Below, piece after piece: positions 8,790-18,313 of a DNA stretch of 64,000 bases. Position 1 is the stretch's first letter, and every line of letters starts with the position of its first letter. This stretch comes from a virus. Its lineage: Duplodnaviria > Caudoviricetes. Under the pieces are notes generated by a model, which saw nothing but the letters and a program-made list of their open reading frames with translations, was not told where the DNA came from and did no database searches. The DNA is taken from positions 4,313 to 68,312 of the IMG/VR virus record IMGVR_UViG_3300015214_000034. One strand, given 5' to 3'. The translations under genes and the position numbers were made by a program.

Positions 8790-9929
8790 ATGACGACTCT
8801 GATGAAAGCCTCCCACCAATGGGCCGCGCGGCCCGACGACCAGCGGTTCACCAGCCTCGACGAAATGCTGGCGTTCAGCCGGGCGCAGCGCGAGCGGAGC
8901 CGCTCGCTGGCGGTGTCCAGCCGCCGCCTTGAAGCCCGCCCCGTTGCCGATGATCCCCGGGCGCTGGCGGTGCTTGGCCCCGATGGCCAGCCCACCCTCC
9001 CGTCGCATTGGGCGTTCGGCCAGTTGGCCAGCCGCATCAAAGCGCCGGCCGGCTATCTCCGCACCCTCCCCTCCGACATCGCGGCAGACGCGATCAACCA
9101 CGGCCTCAAGGCACGCGGGATCGAGGACGTGGGCGCACTCCTCCGCATGGGCGAGGTCGATGGCGACAGTCAGATCATGCAGGGCGACACGCCCCAACTG
9201 GCCGCGCTGACCGGCCCCAACTATGGCCGCGTCTGGAACAGCGATGTGATCGCCGCCATCGTCCACCGCTTCGGCAATGGCGTGGACGGCGATTTCACGG
9301 TCCCCGGCGAGTTCGGCAAGACGTTGACCAGCGTTACCAAGGACAACACCACCCTGTTCGCCAGCGACCGGGATATGTTCATCTTCCTCGCCGATGAGCA
9401 GAACCGGATCGAAGTCCCGAACCGCCGCAACGGCCAGCCCGGCTCGCTCGCCCGGGGCTTTTTCGTCTGGAACAGCGAGGTCGGCAGCACCACGCTCGGC
9501 ATCAGCACTTTCCTGTTCGATTATGTGTGCTGCAACCGGATCGTTTGGGGCGCGCAGGACGTGCAGGAAATCCGCATCAGGCACACGGTCAGCGCCCCCG
9601 ACAAGTTCATCGAAGAAGTCGGCCCGGCGATGATCGCCTACAGCAAGTCCAGCGCGCAGGGGATCAACGACGCCATCGCGGCGGCGCAGGCCCGCAAGAT
9701 CAGCGGCGAGGAGGACGAGGTTCTCGATTTCCTGACCAAGCGGACCCGGTTCAGCCGGACGCAGGCGCAGGCGATCAATCTGGCGCACATGGCCGAGGAA
9801 GGCCGGCCCATCGAGACGCTGTGGGACGCCACCGTCGGGATCACCGCCTACGCCAAGGGCCAGACCCATCAGGACGCTCGAATCGATATCGAGCGCGAGG
9901 GCGGCAAGGTCATGTCGATGGCGCGCTGA
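8790..9929 (+). CDS. DUF932-like protein
   Basis: FASDRDMFIFL...RGFFVWNSEVG...FDYVCCNRIVWG pattern; CCACCACAGGAGA RBS. Confidence 0.7.
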   Translation: MTTLMKASHQWAARPDDQRFTSLDEMLAFSRAQRERSRSLAVSSRRLEARPVADDPRALAVLGPDGQPTLPSHWAFGQLASRIKAPAGYLRTLPSDIAADAINHGLKARGIEDVGALLRMGEVDGDSQIMQGDTPQLAALTGPNYGRVWNSDVIAAIVHRFGNGVDGDFTVPGEFGKTLTSVTKDNTTLFASDRDMFIFLADEQNRIEVPNRRNGQPGSLARGFFVWNSEVGSTTLGISTFLFDYVCCNRIVWGAQDVQEIRIRHTVSAPDKFIEEVGPAMIAYSKSSAQGINDAIAAAQARKISGEEDEVLDFLTKRTRFSRTQAQAINLAHMAEEGRPIETLWDATVGITAYAKGQTHQDARIDIEREGGKVMSMAR

Positions 9930-9999
9930 CACCGACCCCCGGACCCCGGGCGGGCAACCGTCCCGGGGCGAGGATGGCCGATGTCAAAAGGAGACGCCC

Positions 10000-10392
10000 A
10001 TGAACACCACCGCGAGGCCGACGCCATCGGTCACATATACTGGCACGGAGGTCGCCTTGCTGGCCGGGATCATCGCCGGGGCGCTCCCGGCGCTGGACGA
10101 CGCCGATTTCGAGGTTGCCGATCTGTTGCTTGACAAGGCGATGGCGGCGCTCCCCCGCCCCATCGCGCCGGAATTGAACGCCCAGATCGCTCGGCTCCGG
10201 GCATCGCCGCCCGAGCGGTTCTGGACACGCCTGATCGAGAACGTCCCGGCCGGCCAGGCTTTCGATGTCATCGGCGCGGGCGTGGCAACCGGCGTCACCG
10301 CCTCGCGGGCTTGGCTCTTTCTGGAGGAACTGCGGGGCAAGAAGGACCGCCTCCTCCGCGTCGATGACCACCACTGGACGATCAAGCCATGA
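10000..10392 (+). CDS. Hypothetical protein
   Basis: AGGAGA RBS; ORF in operon. Confidence 0.6.
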   Translation: MNTTARPTPSVTYTGTEVALLAGIIAGALPALDDADFEVADLLLDKAMAALPRPIAPELNAQIARLRASPPERFWTRLIENVPAGQAFDVIGAGVATGVTASRAWLFLEELRGKKDRLLRVDDHHWTIKP

Positions 10393-10601
10393 CCGAAGCA
10401 TCCGCCCGGGCCGCGTTGCACGCCCTTCATAACTGCACGGTCGTTCGCGCCCGGCTCGATCATCCCGGATTTTCCGTGCTGGTCGCGCTTGGCTACGCGC
10501 GCGGCCGGCCATTTCCCCAACACGAGGACGATCCGCACCCGCGCCGGGATTTCCGGCTGACAGATAAGGGCAAGCAGATCGCACGGAGCCTTTTCCCATG
10601 A
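10389..10601 (+). CDS. Small hypothetical protein
   Basis: ATGA-coupled ORF. Confidence 0.55.
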   Translation: MTEASARAALHALHNCTVVRARLDHPGFSVLVALGYARGRPFPQHEDDPHPRRDFRLTDKGKQIARSLFP

Positions 10602-10738
10602 CCCTCTCTCACGCCCTGATCTTCGCCTTCTTCGTGTTCGCCGGCACCTTCGCGCTGGCCAGCCTGAACCACGATCTGCGCCTGCTGTGGGCGCGTTTCA
10701 AAGCCATCCGAGAGGAACTGAACGATGACGACGCCTAA
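10598..10738 (+). CDS. Small membrane protein (46 aa, not in ORF track)
   Basis: MTLSHALIFAFFVFAGTFALASL... hydrophobic N-terminus; ATGA-coupled. Confidence 0.5.
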   Translation: MTLSHALIFAFFVFAGTFALASLNHDLRLLWARFKAIREELNDDDA

Positions 10739-10940
10739 GCACCCCGAGACGGCCGATCTGGCCCGTCGCGCCTATGAGGCTTCGGGCTGTCGGACGCACC
10801 CCGAGTTCGTCAAGCTGTTCGGCTCCGCGATCAGCCTCCGCTCTTTCCGGGCGTGGCTGGCCGGCGAGGTTCCGGCCGCGCCGCTGGCACAACTGATGCT
10901 GCGCGAGTTCGTCGCGGGCTGGAGGCCCACATGCAAGTGA
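10725..10940 (+). CDS. Small HTH-like protein
   Basis: AISLRSFRAWLAGEVP resembles an XRE recognition helix; GAGGA RBS. Confidence 0.5.
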   Translation: MTTPKHPETADLARRAYEASGCRTHPEFVKLFGSAISLRSFRAWLAGEVPAAPLAQLMLREFVAGWRPTCK

Positions 10941-11173
10941 TGCGGAACAACGTCGGGGTCGGTGACGCCGAGCGCCTGATGCGCGAGGATATCGAGGCGC
11001 GGTGCGCGCTGGCCTTCGCCTGCGGTTGCCGCCTCGCCGTTGCCGCCGTCGTCTGCCCGACAAACTGCTGTTGGGCCTATGAGTTCGTCGTCCTGTCGCC
11101 GGGCGAGCGTGCCCCGGACGGATGGACGATCTACGAACAGCGCAACGGCCTTGCCGTCGGGCGCTCGGCATGA
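10931..11173 (+). CDS. Cys-rich hypothetical protein
   Basis: ORF in operon, GGAGG RBS. Confidence 0.5.
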   Translation: MQVMRNNVGVGDAERLMREDIEARCALAFACGCRLAVAAVVCPTNCCWAYEFVVLSPGERAPDGWTIYEQRNGLAVGRSA

Positions 11174-11376
11174 CGGACGGGCCGCTGTTCGATCACGAGG
11201 CGGCGGTCAAGCCGCTCCTCGACGCCTACCCCCACACACAGGCAATCGCGACGTGCGGGCTTTGCGGCCAGCGTATCCACGGCCCGGCTGGCCTCTATGG
11301 CAACGGCTTTCTCAAGCACCCCGGCGAATGCCCGCCAGTGCCGCCGCCGATGCCGCCAGAGGGCATGTTGCTGTGA
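11170..11376 (+). CDS. Small hypothetical protein
   Basis: ATGA-coupled ORF, CGLC motif. Confidence 0.5.
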   Translation: MTDGPLFDHEAAVKPLLDAYPHTQAIATCGLCGQRIHGPAGLYGNGFLKHPGECPPVPPPMPPEGMLL

Positions 11377-11786
11377 CGCGCGCGGCCAAGCCCCCGGAGC
11401 CGCCGATCTGTTGCGAGTGCGGGATGCCGGCGACGCTGGTCCAGTCGCAGAAAATCTATCCGCACCGGCCTGATCTGTGGAACCGGCCGATGTGGCTATG
11501 CGACTGCGGAGCCTATTGCGGTTGTCACCCCGGCACCGAGCGCCCGTTGGGGCGTCCGGCCGGCCAGGCGACGCGCAAGGCGCGCTCGGCCGCGCACGCG
11601 GCGTTCGATCCGTTGTGGCAAGCGAAGATGCGGCGCGATGGCCTGTCGAAGAAGAAGGCGCGGGGAGCCGGCTATTTCTGGCTCGCCGAGCAATTGGAAC
11701 TGGACCCCGAGGACTGCCACATTGGCGCGATGACAGAGGCCTATGCCCTGCGCGTCGTCTCGATCTGCAAGAGGTATCGCCGATGA
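11373..11786 (+). CDS. DUF3268-like zinc-finger protein
   Basis: CCECG...IYPHRPDL...WLCDCGAYCGCHPGT..PLG..A...R..AHAAFDPLW. Confidence 0.75.
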   Translation: MTRAAKPPEPPICCECGMPATLVQSQKIYPHRPDLWNRPMWLCDCGAYCGCHPGTERPLGRPAGQATRKARSAAHAAFDPLWQAKMRRDGLSKKKARGAGYFWLAEQLELDPEDCHIGAMTEAYALRVVSICKRYRR

Positions 11787-12163
11787 CCGATCTCCCCCGC
11801 CCCTCCAAGGCCCCCTGCGGGACGTGCCCCTACAGGCGCGATGTCCCGGCCGGGATATGGGACGCCAGCGAATACGAAAAGCTGCCGGCCTACGACGGCG
11901 AGACGTGGGCACAGCCCCCGGCGCTGTTCTTCTGCCATCAGAACGACGGTCATCTGTGCGCCGGGTGGGCGGGGTGCCACGAAACCGATCATCTGCTCGC
12001 CCTGCGCTTTCATCGCGTCGCCCCGGAGACGTTCGGCTATGTCAGCCCGGTCCCGCTGTTCGACAGCGGCGCGGAGGCGGCGGCGCACGGCCTTTCCGGC
12101 ATCGATCGCCCCGACGCGCGGGCACTGGCCGCAATCGCCAAACTGGAGGCGCGCCGGCCATGA
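11783..12163 (+). CDS. DUF6283-like Cys-rich protein
   Basis: PCGTCPYRRD..GIW...EY.KL..YD...FFCH...CAGW. Confidence 0.65.
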   Translation: MTDLPRPSKAPCGTCPYRRDVPAGIWDASEYEKLPAYDGETWAQPPALFFCHQNDGHLCAGWAGCHETDHLLALRFHRVAPETFGYVSPVPLFDSGAEAAAHGLSGIDRPDARALAAIAKLEARRP

Positions 12164-12675
12164 TCAGCGACCGAGATCTTGTCGCGCTCCAGCGCAAGGG
12201 ATCGCCTTTCACCAACACCCCGGTCCCCCGCGAAAGCGCCGAGGCGTCCCTTGCCCGGATCGCACAGAACGGGGCCGACATGGAGCGGTGGGAACTGGTC
12301 CCGGTCGATTCCTGTCGATGCTGCGGCGAGCCAGCTTGGGCGAACCTGCGTTGCACTAAGCATCAGGGCCGGACGCCATGCGTCGTCGAAGGCTGCAAGC
12401 GGACGACCAAGCGGTTCATGACCTATTACGTCTGCGGCGAGCACTGGAAAGCCTATGTGCCCCCGGGGTCGCCGGAACGCCGCGTCCTGAACCGGCTGGC
12501 GCGGACGGCGAAGAAACTCGGCTACAGCAAGACCGAGCGCTGGCCCGACGATCTGGAGGCGCGATGGTGGCGGGCATGGGATGCTATCGCCCGCCGCGTC
12601 CATCGGCGCAGCACCGAGGGCATGATGGACGAGGCCGAGATCAGGCGAATGTTCGGATGGGCGGACGAGGGATGA
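12160..12675 (+). CDS. Zinc-binding hypothetical protein, last gene of the (+) arm
   Basis: CRCC, CVVEGC, CGEHW motifs. Confidence 0.6.
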   Translation: MISDRDLVALQRKGSPFTNTPVPRESAEASLARIAQNGADMERWELVPVDSCRCCGEPAWANLRCTKHQGRTPCVVEGCKRTTKRFMTYYVCGEHWKAYVPPGSPERRVLNRLARTAKKLGYSKTERWPDDLEARWWRAWDAIARRVHRRSTEGMMDEAEIRRMFGWADEG

Positions 12676-12707
12676 TGACACGGCCTCGCACCCCGCCTAT
12701 ATAGGCT

Positions 12708-12778
12708 CTGTTTTCCGTGGTGGGAAAACAGCCGGGCTTGCCTGGCACGGCCCCGGGACGCTTCGGCGCTCCGGGGCC
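12708..12778. terminator. Pair of hairpins between convergent early and lysis transcripts
   Basis: CTGTTTTCC-GTGGTG-GGAAAACAG (12708-12731) and GGCCCCGG...CCGGGGCC with inner TTCG loop (12749-12778). Confidence 0.5.
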
Positions 12779-12866
12779 GCATCATTTCCGCCTTATGCGA
12801 TATCTGATCAAGCGCCCCTGTGGGGCCTTTCATGCCGGGGTGGCCCGATGTGCCTTTGTCGGCCGA

Positions 12867-13238
12867 TTAGCGCGCCAGCGGCCCGTCCAGCGATTTCGGG
12901 AGGCGGCTGGTATAATCGCGGAGCCATGCCGCGTCATCGGCGCAGGCAAACACGCGGCCTTCAAGCCGGACGACATACAGGGCAACGGGGCGCTCGCGCT
13001 CGCGCAGGCGCGTGACGAAGGCGTCATGCTCGGCGTGGGCCTGCTGGACCGTCGTGACCTTGGACCAGTCGATCACATACTCGGGCGGGATCGTGGGGCG
13101 CGCGTCGGCCCCGGTCAGTTCGGTGCAGTCCATCCGGTCGGGCGGGATGGGGATGGGCACCTGAATGCGCTTCTCCCCACAGGCGCTAACCGCCAAACAG
13201 CACGTCGAGAGGGCTAGAGCCAGCAGCCTCCGCTTCAT
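12867..13238 (-). CDS. o-spanin (Rz1-like lipoprotein)
   Basis: MKRRLLALALSTCCLAVSAC lipobox; Pro-rich; overlaps i-spanin end. Confidence 0.8.
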   Translation of the reverse strand: MKRRLLALALSTCCLAVSACGEKRIQVPIPIPPDRMDCTELTGADARPTIPPEYVIDWSKVTTVQQAHAEHDAFVTRLRERERPVALYVVRLEGRVFACADDAAWLRDYTSRLPKSLDGPLAR

Positions 13239-13515
13239 CGAGCTTCTCCTTTTCCTGCGCGACCTTCGCGTTGTTCTGTTCGATGCGCTTGACGCTGGCA
13301 TCGTTGGCCTTGCCCGCCGCCTCGGCCGCCTGGCGCTCCAGCTTTTCGCCGGCCGCGACCCACTTGGCGTCCGTGGCGCGCTCGCCGTCGTGATATGCGT
13401 CAGCGCGCAACCAGATCACCGCGCCGACCAGCGCCGCGATCACGAGGCCATAGGCCAGCAGGGGCGCGAAGCGTTCGCCGACGGCCTTAGCCGCGAGGCT
13501 GATCAGAAATCCCAT
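13186..13515 (-). CDS. i-spanin (Rz-like)
   Basis: N-terminal TM segment followed by Ala-rich coiled coil. Confidence 0.75.
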   Translation of the reverse strand: MGFLISLAAKAVGERFAPLLAYGLVIAALVGAVIWLRADAYHDGERATDAKWVAAGEKLERQAAEAAGKANDASVKRIEQNNAKVAQEKEKLDEAEAAGSSPLDVLFGG

Positions 13516-13804
13516 GTTCGTCCTCCGTGGGTTCGGTGGGCACCGGCTCATCGCGGCTGTTGATGATTCGCGTCTGGGTCGGACCTTCGTCCTTTTTCGT
13601 GAACCACGCCGCCATGGCGAGGCCGACGAGGCCTTGCACGACGATGGCCTGCGCCAGCGTCTTGAACAGATCGTTGTCGGCCAGCGTGCGGTCGTTCGAC
13701 AGCATCAGCAGCACGATCCCGGTCAGAACGAAAATGCCAGCCCCGGCGACCCCGCTCGGCTTCAAGCGGCCGATCTGGCGGTCGAGGAACTGCCAGACGT
13801 TCAT
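13487..13804 (-). CDS. Holin-like membrane protein
   Basis: Two TM segments; between endolysin and spanins. Confidence 0.6.
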   Translation of the reverse strand: MNVWQFLDRQIGRLKPSGVAGAGIFVLTGIVLLMLSNDRTLADNDLFKTLAQAIVVQGLVGLAMAAWFTKKDEGPTQTRIINSRDEPVPTEPTEDEHGISDQPRG

Positions 13805-14676
13805 GCCCCGGCCTTCTCGCGGCGCAGCAACTCCTCGATCAGATCGTCGAAGATGCGCTCGACATCGGCCAGCCCGAATGTGCCGCCGTTGATGGCGCGA
13901 CGATCATCCTCGACACCCGGCGTCGCGGCCTTGGCGTCCAGATTGTGCGATTTCCAGAACCAGCCGGCCGACATCATGCCGCCCTCGGGCGTGCGGACAT
14001 AAGCCGGCACGTCATCGACGCTCATCCCCATGGCGGCGGCGAACGCGCTCTGGTTGGCGCGGCCGGTCAGTTGCTTCGGGCCATAGCCCCGGAACCGCCA
14101 GCCATCGCCGGGTTGCGTGTTGCCGAGGTTCTTCGCCCCCCACTCGCCGCCGTAGAGGATATTGGCGAGGGCCTGCTGATCGGCAGCGTGGCCATTGCCC
14201 CGGCCGTAGCGATTGGCGTCGGCGATGCTGATGCGGTGCCGGCCGAACTTGGCGATCAGCGCCTCGACGGAATAGTTCAGGCTTTCCGACAGCCGGGTCA
14301 GCCCGGCGCTCTCGACATTGATGTTCGCGAGGAAGCTGGCGACCTCGCGGAACGTGTCGATGCCCCACCGGACGCAGGCCTGCCGCGTCGGTTCGACCCA
14401 CGGCTCCAGCGCGGCGCGCGTGTTGCCGGGGAAAGCGATGCACAGCAGATCGAGGTCGATCTGGCGCTGCGCGAACGACAGTTCGGAGTCGGCGGGCTTG
14501 AGGACGACCGGCTGCGGCGTGCTGTCCGGGATCTCGGCCAGGACAGCGGCGAAGGTCAGATTGCCCGCCATGCCATCGACGCCATCCCCTGCCGGGCCGC
14601 TCGTGCCCAGATTGTGGCCCCGGGCCTTGAGCCGGCGCTGGACCTGTTCGGCGAGGGGGTTGAACGGGATGGCCAT
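13801..14676 (-). CDS. Endolysin, glycoside hydrolase family 19-like
   Basis: ASFLANINVESAGL..L.E.LNYS; GDGWRFRGYGPKQLTGRAN. Confidence 0.9.
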   Translation of the reverse strand: MAIPFNPLAEQVQRRLKARGHNLGTSGPAGDGVDGMAGNLTFAAVLAEIPDSTPQPVVLKPADSELSFAQRQIDLDLLCIAFPGNTRAALEPWVEPTRQACVRWGIDTFREVASFLANINVESAGLTRLSESLNYSVEALIAKFGRHRISIADANRYGRGNGHAADQQALANILYGGEWGAKNLGNTQPGDGWRFRGYGPKQLTGRANQSAFAAAMGMSVDDVPAYVRTPEGGMMSAGWFWKSHNLDAKAATPGVEDDRRAINGGTFGLADVERIFDDLIEELLRREKAGA

Positions 14677-14721
14677 GTCCGCGCCATACCACGGCGCGGC
14701 TTTTGAGTCTCGCCTATCGAA

Positions 14722-15105
14722 TCAGGCGGTCGGCGGCTTGCGGTCGTGGCCGAACAAGGCGTTCAGCATCGCCATCACGCGCTGCCCGAAGAACTCGATG
14801 GCGAGCAGGCCGGAAAAGCCGAGGCCGATGCCCCATACCGTCGCCATACCTGCCTCCAGCGGCTTGCCGCCGCCGAACAGTTGCCCGGTCACGATCAGGA
14901 AAAGGATCACCAGCAGGAGGAGCGTCAGCGAGAACTCTTGGATTCGCGTCAACTTGCGGAGCGGTGGCGGTGCAATCACCCGGGCGAGAACCAGCCCGGC
15001 GACCGAAAGGCCGAGGGCAAGAACCGGGACATCGGTGCCGAAAAGTGTGACTATCGCCGGTCCCACGCTAGGTGCTGCCAGCGCGGTCGCGGCTGTTCCC
15101 TTCAT
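14722..15105 (-). CDS. Holin-like membrane protein
   Basis: Three hydrophobic segments; upstream of endolysin. Confidence 0.55.
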   Translation of the reverse strand: MKGTAATALAAPSVGPAIVTLFGTDVPVLALGLSVAGLVLARVIAPPPLRKLTRIQEFSLTLLLLVILFLIVTGQLFGGGKPLEAGMATVWGIGLGFSGLLAIEFFGQRVMAMLNALFGHDRKPPTA

Positions 15106-15659
15106 AGCCCTACATTTGCCTTCGCTATCGTTACCCCGGTCGCGATGATCGAAACCATCGCAACGATTTTTGCTTGGTCTTTGACCGTTCGCCACGACGG
15201 TGCCCTGACAGCAACATGCGTATCACGGATTAGCTGTTGGGGCACCACCTGTCGTCCCCAAGCCGAGAATGCGACGGCCCCGGTGAAGGGAACGAAGGTC
15301 AGTCCGTCGCCGACGCGATCAAGCAGGAAAAGGAAATCCATGGTCCGAGTCGAGGCTTCGCCCCACGCAAAAAGGACCAGCACGTCGGGGAAGGCACCGA
15401 GCAAGATCGTCGATAGGAAACAGATCACGATGCAGCGGTGGATGGTGAGCGGGTTCGACCATGATAGCGGCGGTTGCTGCGGCTGGCCGAACGTCTTGAG
15501 AGCGGCGCGCCGCGCCCGCGTCTCGAACATATATTGCAGCAACATCGCGACGGAGAAGGCGCAGATCAGAGTCAGACTGAACAAGGCGAACCCATAGGAC
15601 ACCGGGTTGCCGTCGAAGCTGGGCGGATAGGCGCTGGTCGCGACGGACGGGATGGCCAT
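15102..15659 (-). CDS. Membrane protein
   Basis: Three predicted TM segments. Confidence 0.55.
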   Translation of the reverse strand: MAIPSVATSAYPPSFDGNPVSYGFALFSLTLICAFSVAMLLQYMFETRARRAALKTFGQPQQPPLSWSNPLTIHRCIVICFLSTILLGAFPDVLVLFAWGEASTRTMDFLFLLDRVGDGLTFVPFTGAVAFSAWGRQVVPQQLIRDTHVAVRAPSWRTVKDQAKIVAMVSIIATGVTIAKANVGL

Positions 15660-15737
15660 AATTTTCTCCGGCTGGTTTCAATGGCCTTTACGGGACTGGT
15701 GTCTCCGGGCCAAGCCTGATGAGAACGCGCGGCATCG

Positions 15738-16475
15738 CTATGCGGCTTCGCCGACCACCGCGAACACCCCGAAAACCGGCTTAACCGGCGTGCTGGAGAG
15801 CGAGCCGGCCAGAATGCCGTCGAACAGCAGCGGGTCGTAACGACCAAATGCGCCTTGGTGATTCTGGCCATCAGCGCCGGGCGCGAAATCGGTCGTCCAT
15901 CCCGTTTCCCCGGTGAAACTCCAAGTCGGCGTGGTGTCATGCTCGAAAGCCGCCAGCATGATATCCTTGGTGCCGTAGGGTGAATTGGGGAGGCCAATGG
16001 TGAAATTGTTGCCGCTGAAAAACGTCGACATCGCGCCACCTGTCACGCCGAACGCACCGCCAGCGTTCTCGAACTCGTAGATCACGGCCTGCTGGTTGTC
16101 GCTTGCCGTGATCGAATAGGAGCCGGTGTCCCCGGACACCACGCGCCGGGTCCAGACCATGACGCTGTTATTGGCATTGCTGTCGTATTTTGCGCCTTGG
16201 GTGAAGCCGGCCGGGACATAGCCTTGCAGGCTGATTCCAAAGCCTGCCGACACAATAACCATCAGATTTCCGACAGTCGGCGCGACCGGGAGCGCGAGGG
16301 TGCCGTCCAGTCGAAGCGTGCCCTTCTGGACGAATGTCGGCTGAACCCGGCCTTCAATCGCGATATTGCTTTTCTTGATCTTGCGGGTGTTGCCCGCCGC
16401 CGTCTCGACGACCAGATAATCGTCGGGGTCGATGGCAAAGATCTCGGTTAGATCACTGATCGCCTTGTCAGCCAT
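15738..16475 (-). CDS. Tail-associated protein, putative receptor-binding accessory
   Basis: ADKAISDL..docking-like N-terminus; beta-rich; end of tail operon. Confidence 0.55.
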   Translation of the reverse strand: MADKAISDLTEIFAIDPDDYLVVETAAGNTRKIKKSNIAIEGRVQPTFVQKGTLRLDGTLALPVAPTVGNLMVIVSAGFGISLQGYVPAGFTQGAKYDSNANNSVMVWTRRVVSGDTGSYSITASDNQQAVIYEFENAGGAFGVTGGAMSTFFSGNNFTIGLPNSPYGTKDIMLAAFEHDTTPTWSFTGETGWTTDFAPGADGQNHQGAFGRYDPLLFDGILAGSLSSTPVKPVFGVFAVVGEAA

Positions 16476-18313
16476 TACACTCGTTCCTTCCAGAGCAGGG
16501 CGTCGCCGCCGCTTTGCATGTCGCCCGATGGGATCAGCACATCGGTGCCGCTTTGCATGTCACCGGCCGGGGCCAGATTGCCGGTATCATATTCCACGAT
16601 CCCGACCGGGCCAACAGCGGCGCTCGTGGCGCTGGCAGTGCCCTCGTAATTGCTGATCGTGACCGTGCACGTCATGGTGGTGCCGACATCATCCTCGGTC
16701 AGCGTATAGGTCTGGGCGTTCGCGCCACCGATCAGGACGCCGGCACGCCGCCACTGATAACTGAACCCGAAGCGAACCCGGCCGGTGTTCGTGCCAGGAT
16801 CGCACGTCAGAACGTCGCCGACATCGAGAAAGCCCGACGCGGACGTGATCGACGGGTCAACGCTCCAAGTCGGCACCCCGCCCTCGTTGCGGCTGAACAC
16901 CTTGCGCGGCGGCGAGAAGCCGGCGTCGCTGGCGTAGCGCGCGGTGCCTTTGGTGACGCGCAACTCGTCGATATAGCCGGTGAAATCGAGCGACGAGTTC
17001 GAGGCGTTGCCGATGGTCAACGGGCGGCTGTCATCGCGCAGGTTCTGAATAGTCGAAGTCGAGGACGCGGCCATCGAGCCGTTGACGTAGAGCCGATATT
17101 TGCCGCCGCCGTCCCTATCGACAGCAACATGGTTCCACGTCCTTTCCGGGTAGATGCCAGCCGCCGTATTGAAGGTGAGGACACTGGTTCCGTCGGACGC
17201 CATCCATTCAATCGAATTGTCCGAAAGCGGGTTGATGCCCCACGAAACAATGCCGGCTCCGCTGGCGCTGGCCCGTTGCGTGATCAGCGAGCATGTCCCG
17301 GAACCATCATCCCAGAACCAGCACTCGACAGTGAAAGGCCCGGTGCCGAATACCCAATCCGCGCTATCGGCAAAGGCGGCATATCCATCACCAGAAGTTC
17401 GGAGGCATCGCCGGCCACCAATCGAGGCGAACGTAGAAATCGTCTCCGAGCCATAGCTGTCGGAGAGGCGGTCTTGCAGCGGCTTATGGGACGGGCTGTC
17501 GTCCGTCACCGCGAACTGGTTGTTCAGATCGTCGAAGCCAAGGAGCAGGACGACGTTGGCGAAATAGGCGTCGGCATCAGGGATCAGATCGGCGGCCGGC
17601 CGGACATAGGGCGAGGAGGGCGGGGTGAAGCCGCCGTCGCTCGCATAGGCCGCCAGACCCTTGACCACCCGAACCTCGTCGATCTGGCCGAGCCACGGCC
17701 CATTTAGCGTGGTGCCGATGGCCCCGATGGTGAGGGGCCGGCGCAGATCTTGCGGCGCGATGGAACCGGCCTGCGAGGCGACCATGACGCCGTTCAGATA
17801 GAGCCTGGCCTTTCCGGTCGCATCGACATCGGCGGCGACATGGTTCCACGCATTGTTGGTCAGCGTGCCGCCGTTGATGTTCTGCGCCGTCGTCCCGTCG
17901 CTGATGATCAACTCGGCCGCGCCGCCCGCCGCCATGGCGAGGCTCCACGAGTTGGTTGCCGCTGTATCGCCGTAACGGACACATGCGATCAGGCGCGCGC
18001 TGGACAAGCTGGTCGGCCGCACCCAAGCATCGACCGTCCATTCCCCGGAGCCGAACTTGAAGCCGTCGTGCCAAGGCACCGTGAAGGCGTCACCGTTGCC
18101 GTCGAAGGTGCCGCTGGTTCCGCCGAACTTGGCCTGCGCGTCCGTCACCTTGGCGTTGCCGATGGGCGTCACCGGCAAGCGGTAGGGGCTTTCGTCGGAG
18201 AAATTGGTGGCGTTGTTCGCCGCATTGAAGCCGACGAGCAGTTGCGTATAGGGATCGTCCGGCGCGACCGCGCCTTCGCCCTGTGCCGCGCCCGCGATGA
18301 TGCCGGGGATCAT
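16475..18313 (-). CDS. Tail fibre/RBP with two LamG (concanavalin-like) domains and an Ig-like C-terminus
   Basis: Tandem WTVDAW..WNHVA..LYLNG..IDEVRV repeats; GDVLTC..YQWRR..TYTLT Ig-like motif. Confidence 0.8.
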   Translation of the reverse strand: MIPGIIAGAAQGEGAVAPDDPYTQLLVGFNAANNATNFSDESPYRLPVTPIGNAKVTDAQAKFGGTSGTFDGNGDAFTVPWHDGFKFGSGEWTVDAWVRPTSLSSARLIACVRYGDTAATNSWSLAMAAGGAAELIISDGTTAQNINGGTLTNNAWNHVAADVDATGKARLYLNGVMVASQAGSIAPQDLRRPLTIGAIGTTLNGPWLGQIDEVRVVKGLAAYASDGGFTPPSSPYVRPAADLIPDADAYFANVVLLLGFDDLNNQFAVTDDSPSHKPLQDRLSDSYGSETISTFASIGGRRCLRTSGDGYAAFADSADWVFGTGPFTVECWFWDDGSGTCSLITQRASASGAGIVSWGINPLSDNSIEWMASDGTSVLTFNTAAGIYPERTWNHVAVDRDGGGKYRLYVNGSMAASSTSTIQNLRDDSRPLTIGNASNSSLDFTGYIDELRVTKGTARYASDAGFSPPRKVFSRNEGGVPTWSVDPSITSASGFLDVGDVLTCDPGTNTGRVRFGFSYQWRRAGVLIGGANAQTYTLTEDDVGTTMTCTVTISNYEGTASATSAAVGPVGIVEYDTGNLAPAGDMQSGTDVLIPSGDMQSGGDALLWKERV

